Positions 9,736-18,048 of a DNA stretch of 64,000 bases are shown here, piece by piece. Each line of letters begins with the position of its first letter. The stretch's first letter is position 1. The DNA comes from Nitrospirota bacterium (GTDB lineage: Bacteria; Nitrospirota; Thermodesulfovibrionia; Thermodesulfovibrionales; JdFR-85), in contig DRKX01000080.1 in assembly GCA_011051565.1 (NCBI GenBank), forward strand, positions 17,637 to 81,636, in the 5' to 3' direction. The position numbers and the translations under genes were made by a program. The notes under the pieces were generated by a model, which was not told where the DNA came from, did not search any database, and was given only the letters and a program-made list of their open reading frames with translations.

Positions 9736-9951
9736 CTACCAGCAGATGTAGTACCATGTGCCGAGGGCATTCACCCACGTGCAGGGATTGCTCTGTAGAA
9801 CAGTGATACTTGCAGCGTTCTTCATGTTCTTACCTTGGAGACTCCTCTTGAACTCGGCCTTGGTCAGTTTTTTAGGTGCCTTCATGTCTCCCTTCTCCAC
9901 CTTTACAGTCCCGTTGTCCATTACCGCCAGTCTCATGACCACCCTCGGCAT
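9736..9951 (-). CDS. Small 71-aa protein with Lys-rich N-terminal part and Trp/Cys-rich C-terminus (candidate precursor/signal peptide)
   Basis: The SD is strong (AAGGAGGTTTGAAATG). The C-terminal 15 residues are CTWVNALGTWYYICW. No Sec-type hydrophobic signal is present. GC content appears lower than in neighbouring genes by eye. Confidence 0.6.
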   Translation of the reverse strand: MPRVVMRLAVMDNGTVKVEKGDMKAPKKLTKAEFKRSLQGKNMKNAASITVLQSNPCTWVNALGTWYYICW

Positions 9952-9983
9952 TTCAAACCTCCTTTGATTTTAGGAATTAAGCT

Positions 9984-10001
9984 CGGGCTCGAAGGAGCCC
10001 G
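9984..10001 (-). promoter_or_regulatory. Short GC hairpin after the FecR/TPR/barrel gene
   Basis: The sequence is CGGGCTC-gaag-GAGCCCG, with only a weak T-rich tail on the minus strand. Confidence 0.3.
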
Positions 10002-10036
10002 GCACCAAAAGCCTGCTGTCCTCGCTCCTCACCGAC

Positions 10037-13000
10037 TCAGAACGCCAGTGTGATCTCTGCCGCGATCAGGCGCTCCGGGTAGATGGAGGGATTGGTGGCA
10101 TCGGTGTCCTGGAACCTGAACTTCTCGTCAAGCAGGTTCCTCGCCCCTATCGAGACGATGCCGTACCGCTTGGGCAGCCTGTACTTGACAGAGGCATCGA
10201 CCACCCAGAAGTGATCACCGGCCTCGTATGTCGCCAGGCTGACGGGATCGACGAACTTCCCGCTCTGGGACACGTAGGTCGTCTTGAAGACGGCCGTAAA
10301 TCCGCCGCGGCTGAACAGTGAGACGGCCACGGGAAACCTCCTCGTCTTCAGGCGCTCGATATCCTCGGGGCCGAAGTATTCCGGGCTCCTCTTGAAGTCC
10401 TCGTACTGGAACTCGGCACTGACCGCCACCCAGTACAACGGTGTAAGGTAGAGGTAGAGACGGACCACGTCCTCTTGCCACTCGGTCTCCTTGTTTTCGA
10501 TTACAGGCTCAGGGGAGGTCGGCGAGACGGTCAGCATCCTGAACGGGACATCGAGCCTGCGCCTTGAAAGCTCTGCACCGCTGAATACGTCTGGCGAGAA
10601 CTTCTGATCCACTGCCGCGCCGTAGCTCCAGGCATCGGTTCCATTGGCGTCGTCGAAGAACTGGTTGAATCCTGCAACCTGCGTGGGTTCAATGGTCTGG
10701 TTGGAGACCAGCTGCCGCTTGAGCGTCCTGAAGACGGCGCCGCGCAGGGTGGTTCCGGTCGGTAATGTCCATGTAAGGCCAAGCTTCGGGTTGATCTGGC
10801 CCCGGTCTATTGCGCCGTTGTCGAAGAAGTCCGCGCTTCCCCCGATTGTCCATATCAATGCACCGGGATACCTGATGTGGGAGTAGGCGTAAAGGTTGGT
10901 GTGACGCACATCGGTCTCCTCCAGTTCGGGAGGAGGGGTTATATCTGGCTGGCCAGGTATAGAGAGGGTAGTGACCGTTCTGCTCTCGACCCCGGAGCTG
11001 AAGTGACCTAAACCGCTTATGAGACTGAAGCCCCCGGCCCCGGCATTGTAGAGGTGCTGAATCTCTCCGAGGAAACCGTTTTCCTTCGAGTTGAGAGAGA
11101 CCTCGGTAGTCCTCGGCACCCCGTAGGCGAACTCTGACGTGGATACGCGGAAGTCGTATTCCGCGTTCTTGTGGATGGCGGAAGCGATAAGTTCCGAGTT
11201 CGGGGCCATGGAATAACGGAAACCGAGGCGTATCGACCGCGCATTCTCGCGCTCCCTCCTGGTCGGAAAGTATGCGTCCGGGTCGAAGTTGAGCGAGAGG
11301 TCACCGTTCTCCTTGTCCTTGTAGCGGAACTCGGCCTGTATGCTCATCCTGTGAGAGATGTTGTACTGTGTGTATATGTTGTAAATGTCCTCCTTGAGGT
11401 CGTTGTTCTCCCTGAAGCCGTCGGTCTCGTAGTGGAACTGCCCCGCACTGAGGGAGAACCTGTCATGCACTCCGGATGCAACGACCTCGTCTCCGGTTAT
11501 GGCATTGCCGCCGTAGACGCCGCTCAACTGCAACGCCGCACGGTTTCTGTTGAAGAGAGGATTGAACTCGTTGAACGACAGGTCGGCGGGGCCGGCCCCG
11601 TCGAAGATGAATAGGCTGCTCTCGGCAAGCCGGGGCTGTACAGGGGTGATGTTTAGAGGCTGAAGCAGCTGTGACTGGAGCAGTTCGCTGACGCGTGCTA
11701 TCTCGTGTCGGGGCTGAGAGGCGTAGGTATCGGCCAGAAGCCTGTGCGCCGAGTAGTTCTTGGGATCAGAGTTGACCGACTTCCACCCCTCCACGAGGGC
11801 GAGCCTCTCAAACCCGAGATCACTGTATATCCTGGCTATACTCGCACTGCGGGCTGCGAGGTCCTCGTCGAGGAGGAGCCTGGAACGGTACACCGCGCGG
11901 TTGTCGTTCAGCTCTATCGCCTTCTGCATGTCGTGCAGGGCATCTACGGGCCTGTTGATGCTCTGTTTCAGTATCGCATCATAGAAGAACGGCGTCGGAT
12001 CATTCGGGTCGAGTTCCTTCGCTGTCCCGTACTGTTCTGCTGCGACCCCCTCGCGCCTTTCTTCGTAGTATGCCTTGCCGAGGTAGCTCCTTATGATGGA
12101 CTGGTTCGGGTCGAGGCTTACTGCGATCTCGATCTCCCGGCGCCCGTCCTTGAGATACCCCTGGCGTATCTTGACCAGACCGAGACCGAGGCGTGCAAGC
12201 GGATCGGCCTGATCGAGTTCAACCGCCCTCTCGAAAGCCGCCCTCGCCTCCGCCACCTTGGCCTGAGCAAGGCACGCAAAACCGACGACCGTGTGTGTAC
12301 GCGAAAGGGCCGGATTCAGCTCAACAGACCTGTAAGCCGCATCGAGGGCCTTGTCGACGTCCCCGAAGGAGAGCCACATCTCGGACAGGCGCGCCCATGC
12401 AAGGCTGTTTCGAGGCTCGGCCTCCACCGCCCTCTGCAGGCTCTTCAGCGCCCCCCTGAGGTCGAAGTTCGCCTGCTGCGCATAGGAGAGCGCAATCAGG
12501 GCAGCCGCCGACTCCGGTCCGGCATCCACGGCCCTGCGGGCGAGCAGCAGCGCGCGCTCCTTGTCGTTCTGAACGACTGCAATGACGGACTTAAGTGCAA
12601 TGGCCTGGACATTGTCGGGTGCCAGGGAGAGGGCGCGCTCGATATACCCGGTCGCCTCGTCGACTCTGCCCACGGAAAGGAGCAGCGAGGCCCTGTATGT
12701 GAGATAGAGCGGATCCCTCTCATCCTCGGTCACGCCCTGACGGAAATCCATGACGGGCGGGTAGTAGAGCGCCCACTGGACGGCATTCCTCGGTTTCACC
12801 ACCACCTTCAGCACAGGCGCCCTGCCCTCTTCAGCAACGGCGGACTGACCGTCGGTCAAGGTGAGACTCCCCTCACCGTTGGATGCCACGACCCTGCCCT
12901 CGAAGACCGACATGAAGGTACGTCCGGACTCCACCCTGACGAGGAACTCGGTTCCCTCCACCGAGGCGTTCACATACGGAGTGACCACCTTCAACGTCCT

Positions 13001-13369
13001 GGGGACGCGGCTCAGGAAGTGGACGGCTCCCCTTATGAGGTCGAGCAGGGACACTTCCCTCCTCTCGATGCCGCTGAACGTAATGGTTGTGTTCTGGTCG
13101 ATGCGGATGACGGTCTCGTTGCTGAGGACTATGGAAGCCCGGCTCTTCTCCCTGAGCCTCAGCATGTCACCGGAGCAGAAGACATCGTTCAACCCGACCG
13201 GTCTCCACTCCGAGTCCCCGCTCCTCCTGACCTCGGCCCTTCCCTGTACGGAGGCGACCTTCGCCACCACCCTGCACTCTTCTGCAGCGAGGGAAAGGGT
13301 GGGAAATGGCAGCAGGGACAGAAGGAGAAGCGTGGACACAACGAGAAGACGGTTCAGAACAGGCCTCAA
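10037..13369 (-). CDS. Secreted FecR-domain / TPR-repeat / C-terminal beta-barrel fusion protein
   Basis: I use the TTG start at 13369, 5 nt after AGGAGG, which gives the signal peptide MRPVLNRLLVVSTLLLLSLLPFPTLSLA-AE. A FecR-like region follows (VASVQGRAEVRR...GDMLRLREKSRASIVL...VEGTEFLV), then about 8 TPRs. The last ~500 aa show alternating beta-strand patterns and end ...NLLDEKF...AAEITLAF, a typical outer-membrane beta-signal. Confidence 0.75.
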   Translation of the reverse strand: MRPVLNRLLVVSTLLLLSLLPFPTLSLAAEECRVVAKVASVQGRAEVRRSGDSEWRPVGLNDVFCSGDMLRLREKSRASIVLSNETVIRIDQNTTITFSGIERREVSLLDLIRGAVHFLSRVPRTLKVVTPYVNASVEGTEFLVRVESGRTFMSVFEGRVVASNGEGSLTLTDGQSAVAEEGRAPVLKVVVKPRNAVQWALYYPPVMDFRQGVTEDERDPLYLTYRASLLLSVGRVDEATGYIERALSLAPDNVQAIALKSVIAVVQNDKERALLLARRAVDAGPESAAALIALSYAQQANFDLRGALKSLQRAVEAEPRNSLAWARLSEMWLSFGDVDKALDAAYRSVELNPALSRTHTVVGFACLAQAKVAEARAAFERAVELDQADPLARLGLGLVKIRQGYLKDGRREIEIAVSLDPNQSIIRSYLGKAYYEERREGVAAEQYGTAKELDPNDPTPFFYDAILKQSINRPVDALHDMQKAIELNDNRAVYRSRLLLDEDLAARSASIARIYSDLGFERLALVEGWKSVNSDPKNYSAHRLLADTYASQPRHEIARVSELLQSQLLQPLNITPVQPRLAESSLFIFDGAGPADLSFNEFNPLFNRNRAALQLSGVYGGNAITGDEVVASGVHDRFSLSAGQFHYETDGFRENNDLKEDIYNIYTQYNISHRMSIQAEFRYKDKENGDLSLNFDPDAYFPTRRERENARSIRLGFRYSMAPNSELIASAIHKNAEYDFRVSTSEFAYGVPRTTEVSLNSKENGFLGEIQHLYNAGAGGFSLISGLGHFSSGVESRTVTTLSIPGQPDITPPPELEETDVRHTNLYAYSHIRYPGALIWTIGGSADFFDNGAIDRGQINPKLGLTWTLPTGTTLRGAVFRTLKRQLVSNQTIEPTQVAGFNQFFDDANGTDAWSYGAAVDQKFSPDVFSGAELSRRRLDVPFRMLTVSPTSPEPVIENKETEWQEDVVRLYLYLTPLYWVAVSAEFQYEDFKRSPEYFGPEDIERLKTRRFPVAVSLFSRGGFTAVFKTTYVSQSGKFVDPVSLATYEAGDHFWVVDASVKYRLPKRYGIVSIGARNLLDEKFRFQDTDATNPSIYPERLIAAEITLAF

Positions 13370-13516
13370 TGGCACCTCCTCACACACAGAACGGAACTTT
13401 AAAGAAAAAATTCAGAACCGGCCCAGGCTCCACGGGCAACCCTAATTATTTAGTCTTGTTGAAAGCAGGACCGCCGGCCGGACACACCCGCACTAAGCAT
13501 ATATTACACGCTGTGT

Positions 13517-15784
13517 CTATTTTTTTTCCACACAAATCACACCACCCCACGACGGCGGCGGGGGGTGGTTCCTGTAATACGAGATCAAGTACAGATAATA
13601 CCGTGACGGGCCGTCTTCCCCATACCTGCCTATTATATCACTGAACATCCTCTCCGCACAGTCCCAGCGTCGCTCTCTGAAGGCGGCGAGGGCCTCAGCA
13701 AAGCGGAAGCAGAGCTCCTGTTCGTCTCCTGTAACCCTGTCGGCACGGCTCACCAGCTCGAACACCCTCACTGGCTTCACCTTGCCGTAGAGGATGAAAC
13801 TGCCGAGTTCCCTCGTGAGTATCCCGTCCACCCCCGCCACGGTCTCTTCCGAGGCCAGAAGGTATGTTCCGAGGTACTTGTTCAGCCCCTCTATCCTGGT
13901 CGTGGTGTTGACTATATCCCCGATCGGCCGGTACTCGTAGTGATCAATAGCCCCGATGTTTCCGAGCAGGAAGCGGCCGAAGTGCAGGCCCACCCTCGTC
14001 GATATCCTCATGTCCCCGGAGGAACGGTTGAACGCCTTGACCGCGTCGGCGAGATCGAGCGCGGCGAGACACGCCCTCTCCCTCTGGAGGTCATCGGGCA
14101 CGGCAGAGACCCAGAGGGCCAGCATGGAATCGGCGACGACGTTGGATACGACACCGCCGTACATCTTGACGGGATTGAATATCGTCTCGTAATACTTCCG
14201 GATGAAGTCCCTCAGCTCTTCGGGCTCCATCGCTTCGGACAGCGAGGTGTAGTGCTCCAGGTCCGTATACAGGCACGTCCCGCTCACCACCCGGCCTTCA
14301 GCCCTGACGTCACCAAGGTTTTTTATAAGCGTATCCACGATCTCTTCAGGCAGGTAGTAGCTGAAGGCCCTTTTGATCTTCAGTTTCTCCCTGCCTGCAT
14401 CGACATACTTCCAGGCAAGGGCTCCGAAGAAGGCCACCGGAGAGAGTATCAAGCCAGGGACCACAACGGGATACCAGATGCCGCCTGCGCTGAACTCGTA
14501 CAGGGCATAGGACACATACAGTGCATTCACGGCGACCATGACCACGGCAGCCGGAAGTGACGGCAGGACAAAGGCAGCCGCACCGAGCAACAGACCGAGA
14601 GAGAAGACCACCGCGGCGAGCAGAGGCAGGCGGAGCGGCCTGACGGGCTTGTCTTCAAGGATGTTGGCGAATGCAGTGGCCGCGATCTCCACGCCGTTGA
14701 GGTCCAGGCCGTCGGAGGTGGTGAAGACCGTGTAGAAGCCGTCCTTCTGCAGGTAGGGCTTTGTCTCCGCCTGTCCTATGAAGACGACCTTACCGCTGAA
14801 GTCCACCCCCTTGCCGTCATCCTCAATGCCGCCGTCCATGTTGAGCACCTCGTGATACGGCACGGTCGTGATGGTCCTCGATGGACCGTAGAAGTTGATG
14901 TAACGGCTGTCAGGACCGAGGTACATCCTGATCAGCGCCCTCAGTATCCGCCTCTTCCGCATCTCCGGGGCCGTGGAGACCGGTGCTCTCAGCTCTGCGA
15001 GCATCCTCTCGGCCACGTCGGGGTCCTTCCGGAATATCTCCCTCACGGCCCTGACGAACTCGACGACCCTGCCGGAACCTGAAAGCTCGTCCCTGCTCAG
15101 TGAGAGTATCTCCATACCGGCCATCCAGCCGGGAAGCTGTCTCCTGAGAAGCCCGATGAACTCGTCATACACCTGGAAGGCATATATCTGGAACGCCACG
15201 ACCGGCAAGGTGGGCGTGTCTCCGGCTGAAGTCTTGAAGGTCCAGTACTGGTTCACGCGGAACGGGAGCTTCGGCAGGGGAAACGGTGCCAGGGCCGCGG
15301 CGCGTTCTGAAAGGAGGGGGATCGGCGGGACCAGCTCTTCTATATCGAGCCTTGCCGAAAAACCGTTGTTCAGCCTCTCGATGGGGACGACCTCCTTCTT
15401 CAGGAACTCGCAGAAGACCACATTCCCGGCCCTGCCGACGGCTTCTGCAAAGATGCGGTCATCCCGCGGCTCGCTCTCCTCGTCGAAGGTCACGTCGAAT
15501 ACTATGACCTCGGCCCCTGCCCTGCGTAGATTCTCAACGACCTTCGCATGGAGTGCCCGGGACCACTCAACGGGACGGTTCGGCAGGTTCAGGGCGTCGG
15601 AAGACGCCTTGTCGATATTGACGACCACGACATCGGGAGGAGGCTTCCTCTTCCCACGCAGGCTGAAGAGGATCGAGAGGCCGAGGTTCTCTTCCAGTCC
15701 ATGACCGAATGTTGTCAGGCTCAGGACAACACCCAGTACGCCTGTGAACAGGCCGAGCACGACCGACTTCATGACCTTAGTCAT
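13517..15784 (-). CDS. CHASE2-domain membrane sensor fused to class III adenylate/guanylate cyclase
   Basis: 755 aa with an N-terminal TM, a large periplasmic domain, three clustered TMs (typical CHASE2 layout) and a C-terminal cyclase domain (LYTDLEHYT...GGVVSNVVADSMLALW...IGDIVNTTTRIEG). Confidence 0.8.
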   Translation of the reverse strand: MTKVMKSVVLGLFTGVLGVVLSLTTFGHGLEENLGLSILFSLRGKRKPPPDVVVVNIDKASSDALNLPNRPVEWSRALHAKVVENLRRAGAEVIVFDVTFDEESEPRDDRIFAEAVGRAGNVVFCEFLKKEVVPIERLNNGFSARLDIEELVPPIPLLSERAAALAPFPLPKLPFRVNQYWTFKTSAGDTPTLPVVAFQIYAFQVYDEFIGLLRRQLPGWMAGMEILSLSRDELSGSGRVVEFVRAVREIFRKDPDVAERMLAELRAPVSTAPEMRKRRILRALIRMYLGPDSRYINFYGPSRTITTVPYHEVLNMDGGIEDDGKGVDFSGKVVFIGQAETKPYLQKDGFYTVFTTSDGLDLNGVEIAATAFANILEDKPVRPLRLPLLAAVVFSLGLLLGAAAFVLPSLPAAVVMVAVNALYVSYALYEFSAGGIWYPVVVPGLILSPVAFFGALAWKYVDAGREKLKIKRAFSYYLPEEIVDTLIKNLGDVRAEGRVVSGTCLYTDLEHYTSLSEAMEPEELRDFIRKYYETIFNPVKMYGGVVSNVVADSMLALWVSAVPDDLQRERACLAALDLADAVKAFNRSSGDMRISTRVGLHFGRFLLGNIGAIDHYEYRPIGDIVNTTTRIEGLNKYLGTYLLASEETVAGVDGILTRELGSFILYGKVKPVRVFELVSRADRVTGDEQELCFRFAEALAAFRERRWDCAERMFSDIIGRYGEDGPSRYYLYLISYYRNHPPPPSWGGVICVEKK

Positions 15785-15907
15785 GTTTCCGCCGTCCCGA
15801 CCTCAAAACATATGGAGAAGAAGGACCGATATGAGATATACTATACATAAGAGCGTGTTCATGGCATGATCGCCATCCATGCCGGGCCGATGCAGCACTG
15901 AGAAATC

Positions 15908-15937
15908 TTGACCGCCTATAAGAAAGTATCATATAGA
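15908..15937 (+). promoter_or_regulatory. Possible sigma70 promoter for the crp-family gene
   Basis: TTGACC, then 17-18 nt, then ATATAG/TATAGA. The match is only moderate. Confidence 0.3.
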
Positions 15938-16075
15938 ATTCATGTTGTCAAGAACGAGTCATAGCCGCCTCCCCCTCTGAAGCGACCGGTGGCTCCGGAT
16001 GCCCTGAACACAACAAGCCGCTCTGTACCGGTTCGGATGCAACACGTGAAACAGCGAGAACGCGGGTAAGGTCAA

Positions 16076-16786
16076 ATGATCCTGAAAGAAAAGGAGAGGC
16101 TCCTCGTCGCCGGGTTCCTGAAGCGGGTCCCTGCATTCAGAAGCCTCTCCGACAGGCGTATAGAGCAGATAGTCGACGACTTCACCATCCGCACCTTCCA
16201 CGCAGGCGAGACGGTCTTCTTCCAGACCGACAAGAGCACGGACCTCTACATCATACTCGAGGGCAGTGTCAAGGTCATCCTGCTCAGCGAGGAGGGCGAG
16301 GAATTCGTCCTCGCGGACCTTCAGCAGGGCGACTTCTTCGGCGAGATGAGCCTCATCGACGGCAATCCGCGTTCCGCCTCGGTCATAGCGGATGAGGACT
16401 CGACGTTTGCAGTTCTCGAGAGGAGCAGGTTCCTGGACGCGATAAAGCAGGACCCCGAAATGGCGATCGACCTGATGAAATCGCTCGTTCAGAGGCTGAG
16501 AAAGGCGACGGAGAGAGAGGAGAGCCTCGCGTTTCTCGCCGTACGGCAGCGGCTCGTCAGGCTCTTCGTGAGGCTCGTAAAAGAGGAGGGCATGAAGAAG
16601 GATGCCGCTGGATACCACGTCGTCAGGAAGCGTACCCACAAGGAGATCGCCGAAAGGATCGGTGCATCGAGGGAATCGATATCGAAGATACTCAAGAGGC
16701 TCTCGTCGGACGGCATGATAATCGAAGACGGCGACGACTTCCTGATCTCCCCCGCTCTGTTCGAAGAGATGGAGGGTCGAGGCTGA
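16076..16786 (+). CDS. Crp/Fnr-family cNMP-binding transcription regulator
   Basis: The cNMP pocket motif is FFGEMSLIDGNPRSASVIA (GE...RSA). The C-terminal HTH is HKEIAERIGASRESISKILKRL. The gene is divergent from the cyclase gene. Confidence 0.85.
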   Translation: MILKEKERLLVAGFLKRVPAFRSLSDRRIEQIVDDFTIRTFHAGETVFFQTDKSTDLYIILEGSVKVILLSEEGEEFVLADLQQGDFFGEMSLIDGNPRSASVIADEDSTFAVLERSRFLDAIKQDPEMAIDLMKSLVQRLRKATEREESLAFLAVRQRLVRLFVRLVKEEGMKKDAAGYHVVRKRTHKEIAERIGASRESISKILKRLSSDGMIIEDGDDFLISPALFEEMEGRG

Positions 16787-16813
16787 AGCCTGGCGGTCAG
16801 ACATCCGAGCCCC

Positions 16814-17866
16814 TCAAGGCCCGGCTATCGTGCCGCCGCCGAGCACCACGTCGCCGCTGTAGAAGACCGCGCTCTGTCCTGGAGCAGGGGCCCACTGGGG
16901 CTCGTCGAAGACGAGCCTCACCGAACCTTGCTCCTCCATCACGAGTACGGCGGGCTCATCCCGCATCATCGAGCGTATCTTCGCCGTAACCCTCTCCTTC
17001 GGCGGCGCGATCCAGTTCACCTCCTTCACCAGGACCTCCCGCTGAAACGCCATCTCCCTCGGCCCCACGTGAATCGCGTTGTTTTCGGCATCGATCCTTA
17101 TAACGTAGAGGGGCTCTGTGGACGAGACGTTCAGGCCCCGCCTCTGTCCCACCGTGTAGTTGAATATCCCCCGGTGTGTTCCTATCCGACTGCCGTCAGG
17201 CCCGATAACCGGGCCGGGACTCTCCGCCTCCGGGGCGATGCCGCTTATGAACGACGGATAGTCCCCCTCCGGGATGAAGCATATCTCGACGCTTTCGGGC
17301 CTCCTTGCAGCAGGCAGGTCGAGACCCCTTGCTATGACCCTCACCCGGTCTTTGGTGTAGTACCCGAGGGGAAAGAGGAGCCTGCCGAGGATGTCACGGG
17401 TCAGCACGTAGAGGAAATACGTCTGGTCCTTGACCGGATCCAGGCCTCTTTTCAGGAGAGGTCCCACCTCGCTCCCCTCCACCCTTGCATAGTGCCCTGT
17501 GGAGACGAACTCGGCACCGAGCTGATCGGCCTCCTTCAAGAGGCGGGGGAACTTGATGTGGAGGTTGCAGAGCACGCACGGGTTCGGGGTCGTCCCGTGG
17601 ATGTAGGCGTCGACGAACGGCTCTATGACCTTCTCTATGAAGTCCCCCCTGACGTCGACCACCCTGTGTGTGATGCCGAGGAGCCTCGCTGTCTCGGCGG
17701 CCCCGTCTATAGCCTCGAGGGAACAACATGTCCGGAAGTCCCTCCTCTCGCGGGCCTCCCACAGCATGAAACTCACCCCCGTCACCTCGTGTCCCTGCTC
17801 CTTGAGCAGGTGGGCCGCGACAGAGGAGTCCACACCTCCGCTCATTCCGACTATCACCTTCGCCAT
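16814..17866 (-). CDS. mnmA: tRNA-specific 2-thiouridylase MnmA
   Basis: The PP-loop is VGMSGGVDSSVAA and the layout is MnmA-like overall. Start trimmed to MAKVIVG (ATG 17866). Confidence 0.9.
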   Translation of the reverse strand: MAKVIVGMSGGVDSSVAAHLLKEQGHEVTGVSFMLWEARERRDFRTCCSLEAIDGAAETARLLGITHRVVDVRGDFIEKVIEPFVDAYIHGTTPNPCVLCNLHIKFPRLLKEADQLGAEFVSTGHYARVEGSEVGPLLKRGLDPVKDQTYFLYVLTRDILGRLLFPLGYYTKDRVRVIARGLDLPAARRPESVEICFIPEGDYPSFISGIAPEAESPGPVIGPDGSRIGTHRGIFNYTVGQRRGLNVSSTEPLYVIRIDAENNAIHVGPREMAFQREVLVKEVNWIAPPKERVTAKIRSMMRDEPAVLVMEEQGSVRLVFDEPQWAPAPGQSAVFYSGDVVLGGGTIAGP

Positions 17867-18048
17867 ACCCGAATACCCTCTCTTTGCGTCCTCACAGGCG
17901 GACACATACACGCAGGAAAGAAGACCGGCGGTTTCTGAATATAGATAATACCATGATTTGCAGGTCTCGGGCACCGGAGCGATCCTTGTCATCCCGACAA
18001 GTGTGTGCTATGATTAGGTTAGACCGAGCGGTGAGAGGAGGGGAAGAG

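Noticed and set aside
11705-13402. 565-aa plus-strand ORF
   Set aside because: It lies antisense to the FecR/TPR/barrel gene, which has clear domain content. Its translation is Arg/Pro/Gly/His-rich with no motifs, a typical high-GC shadow ORF.
15959-16804. 281-aa minus-strand ORF
   Set aside because: It lies antisense to the Crp-family gene, which has clear cNMP-binding and HTH motifs.
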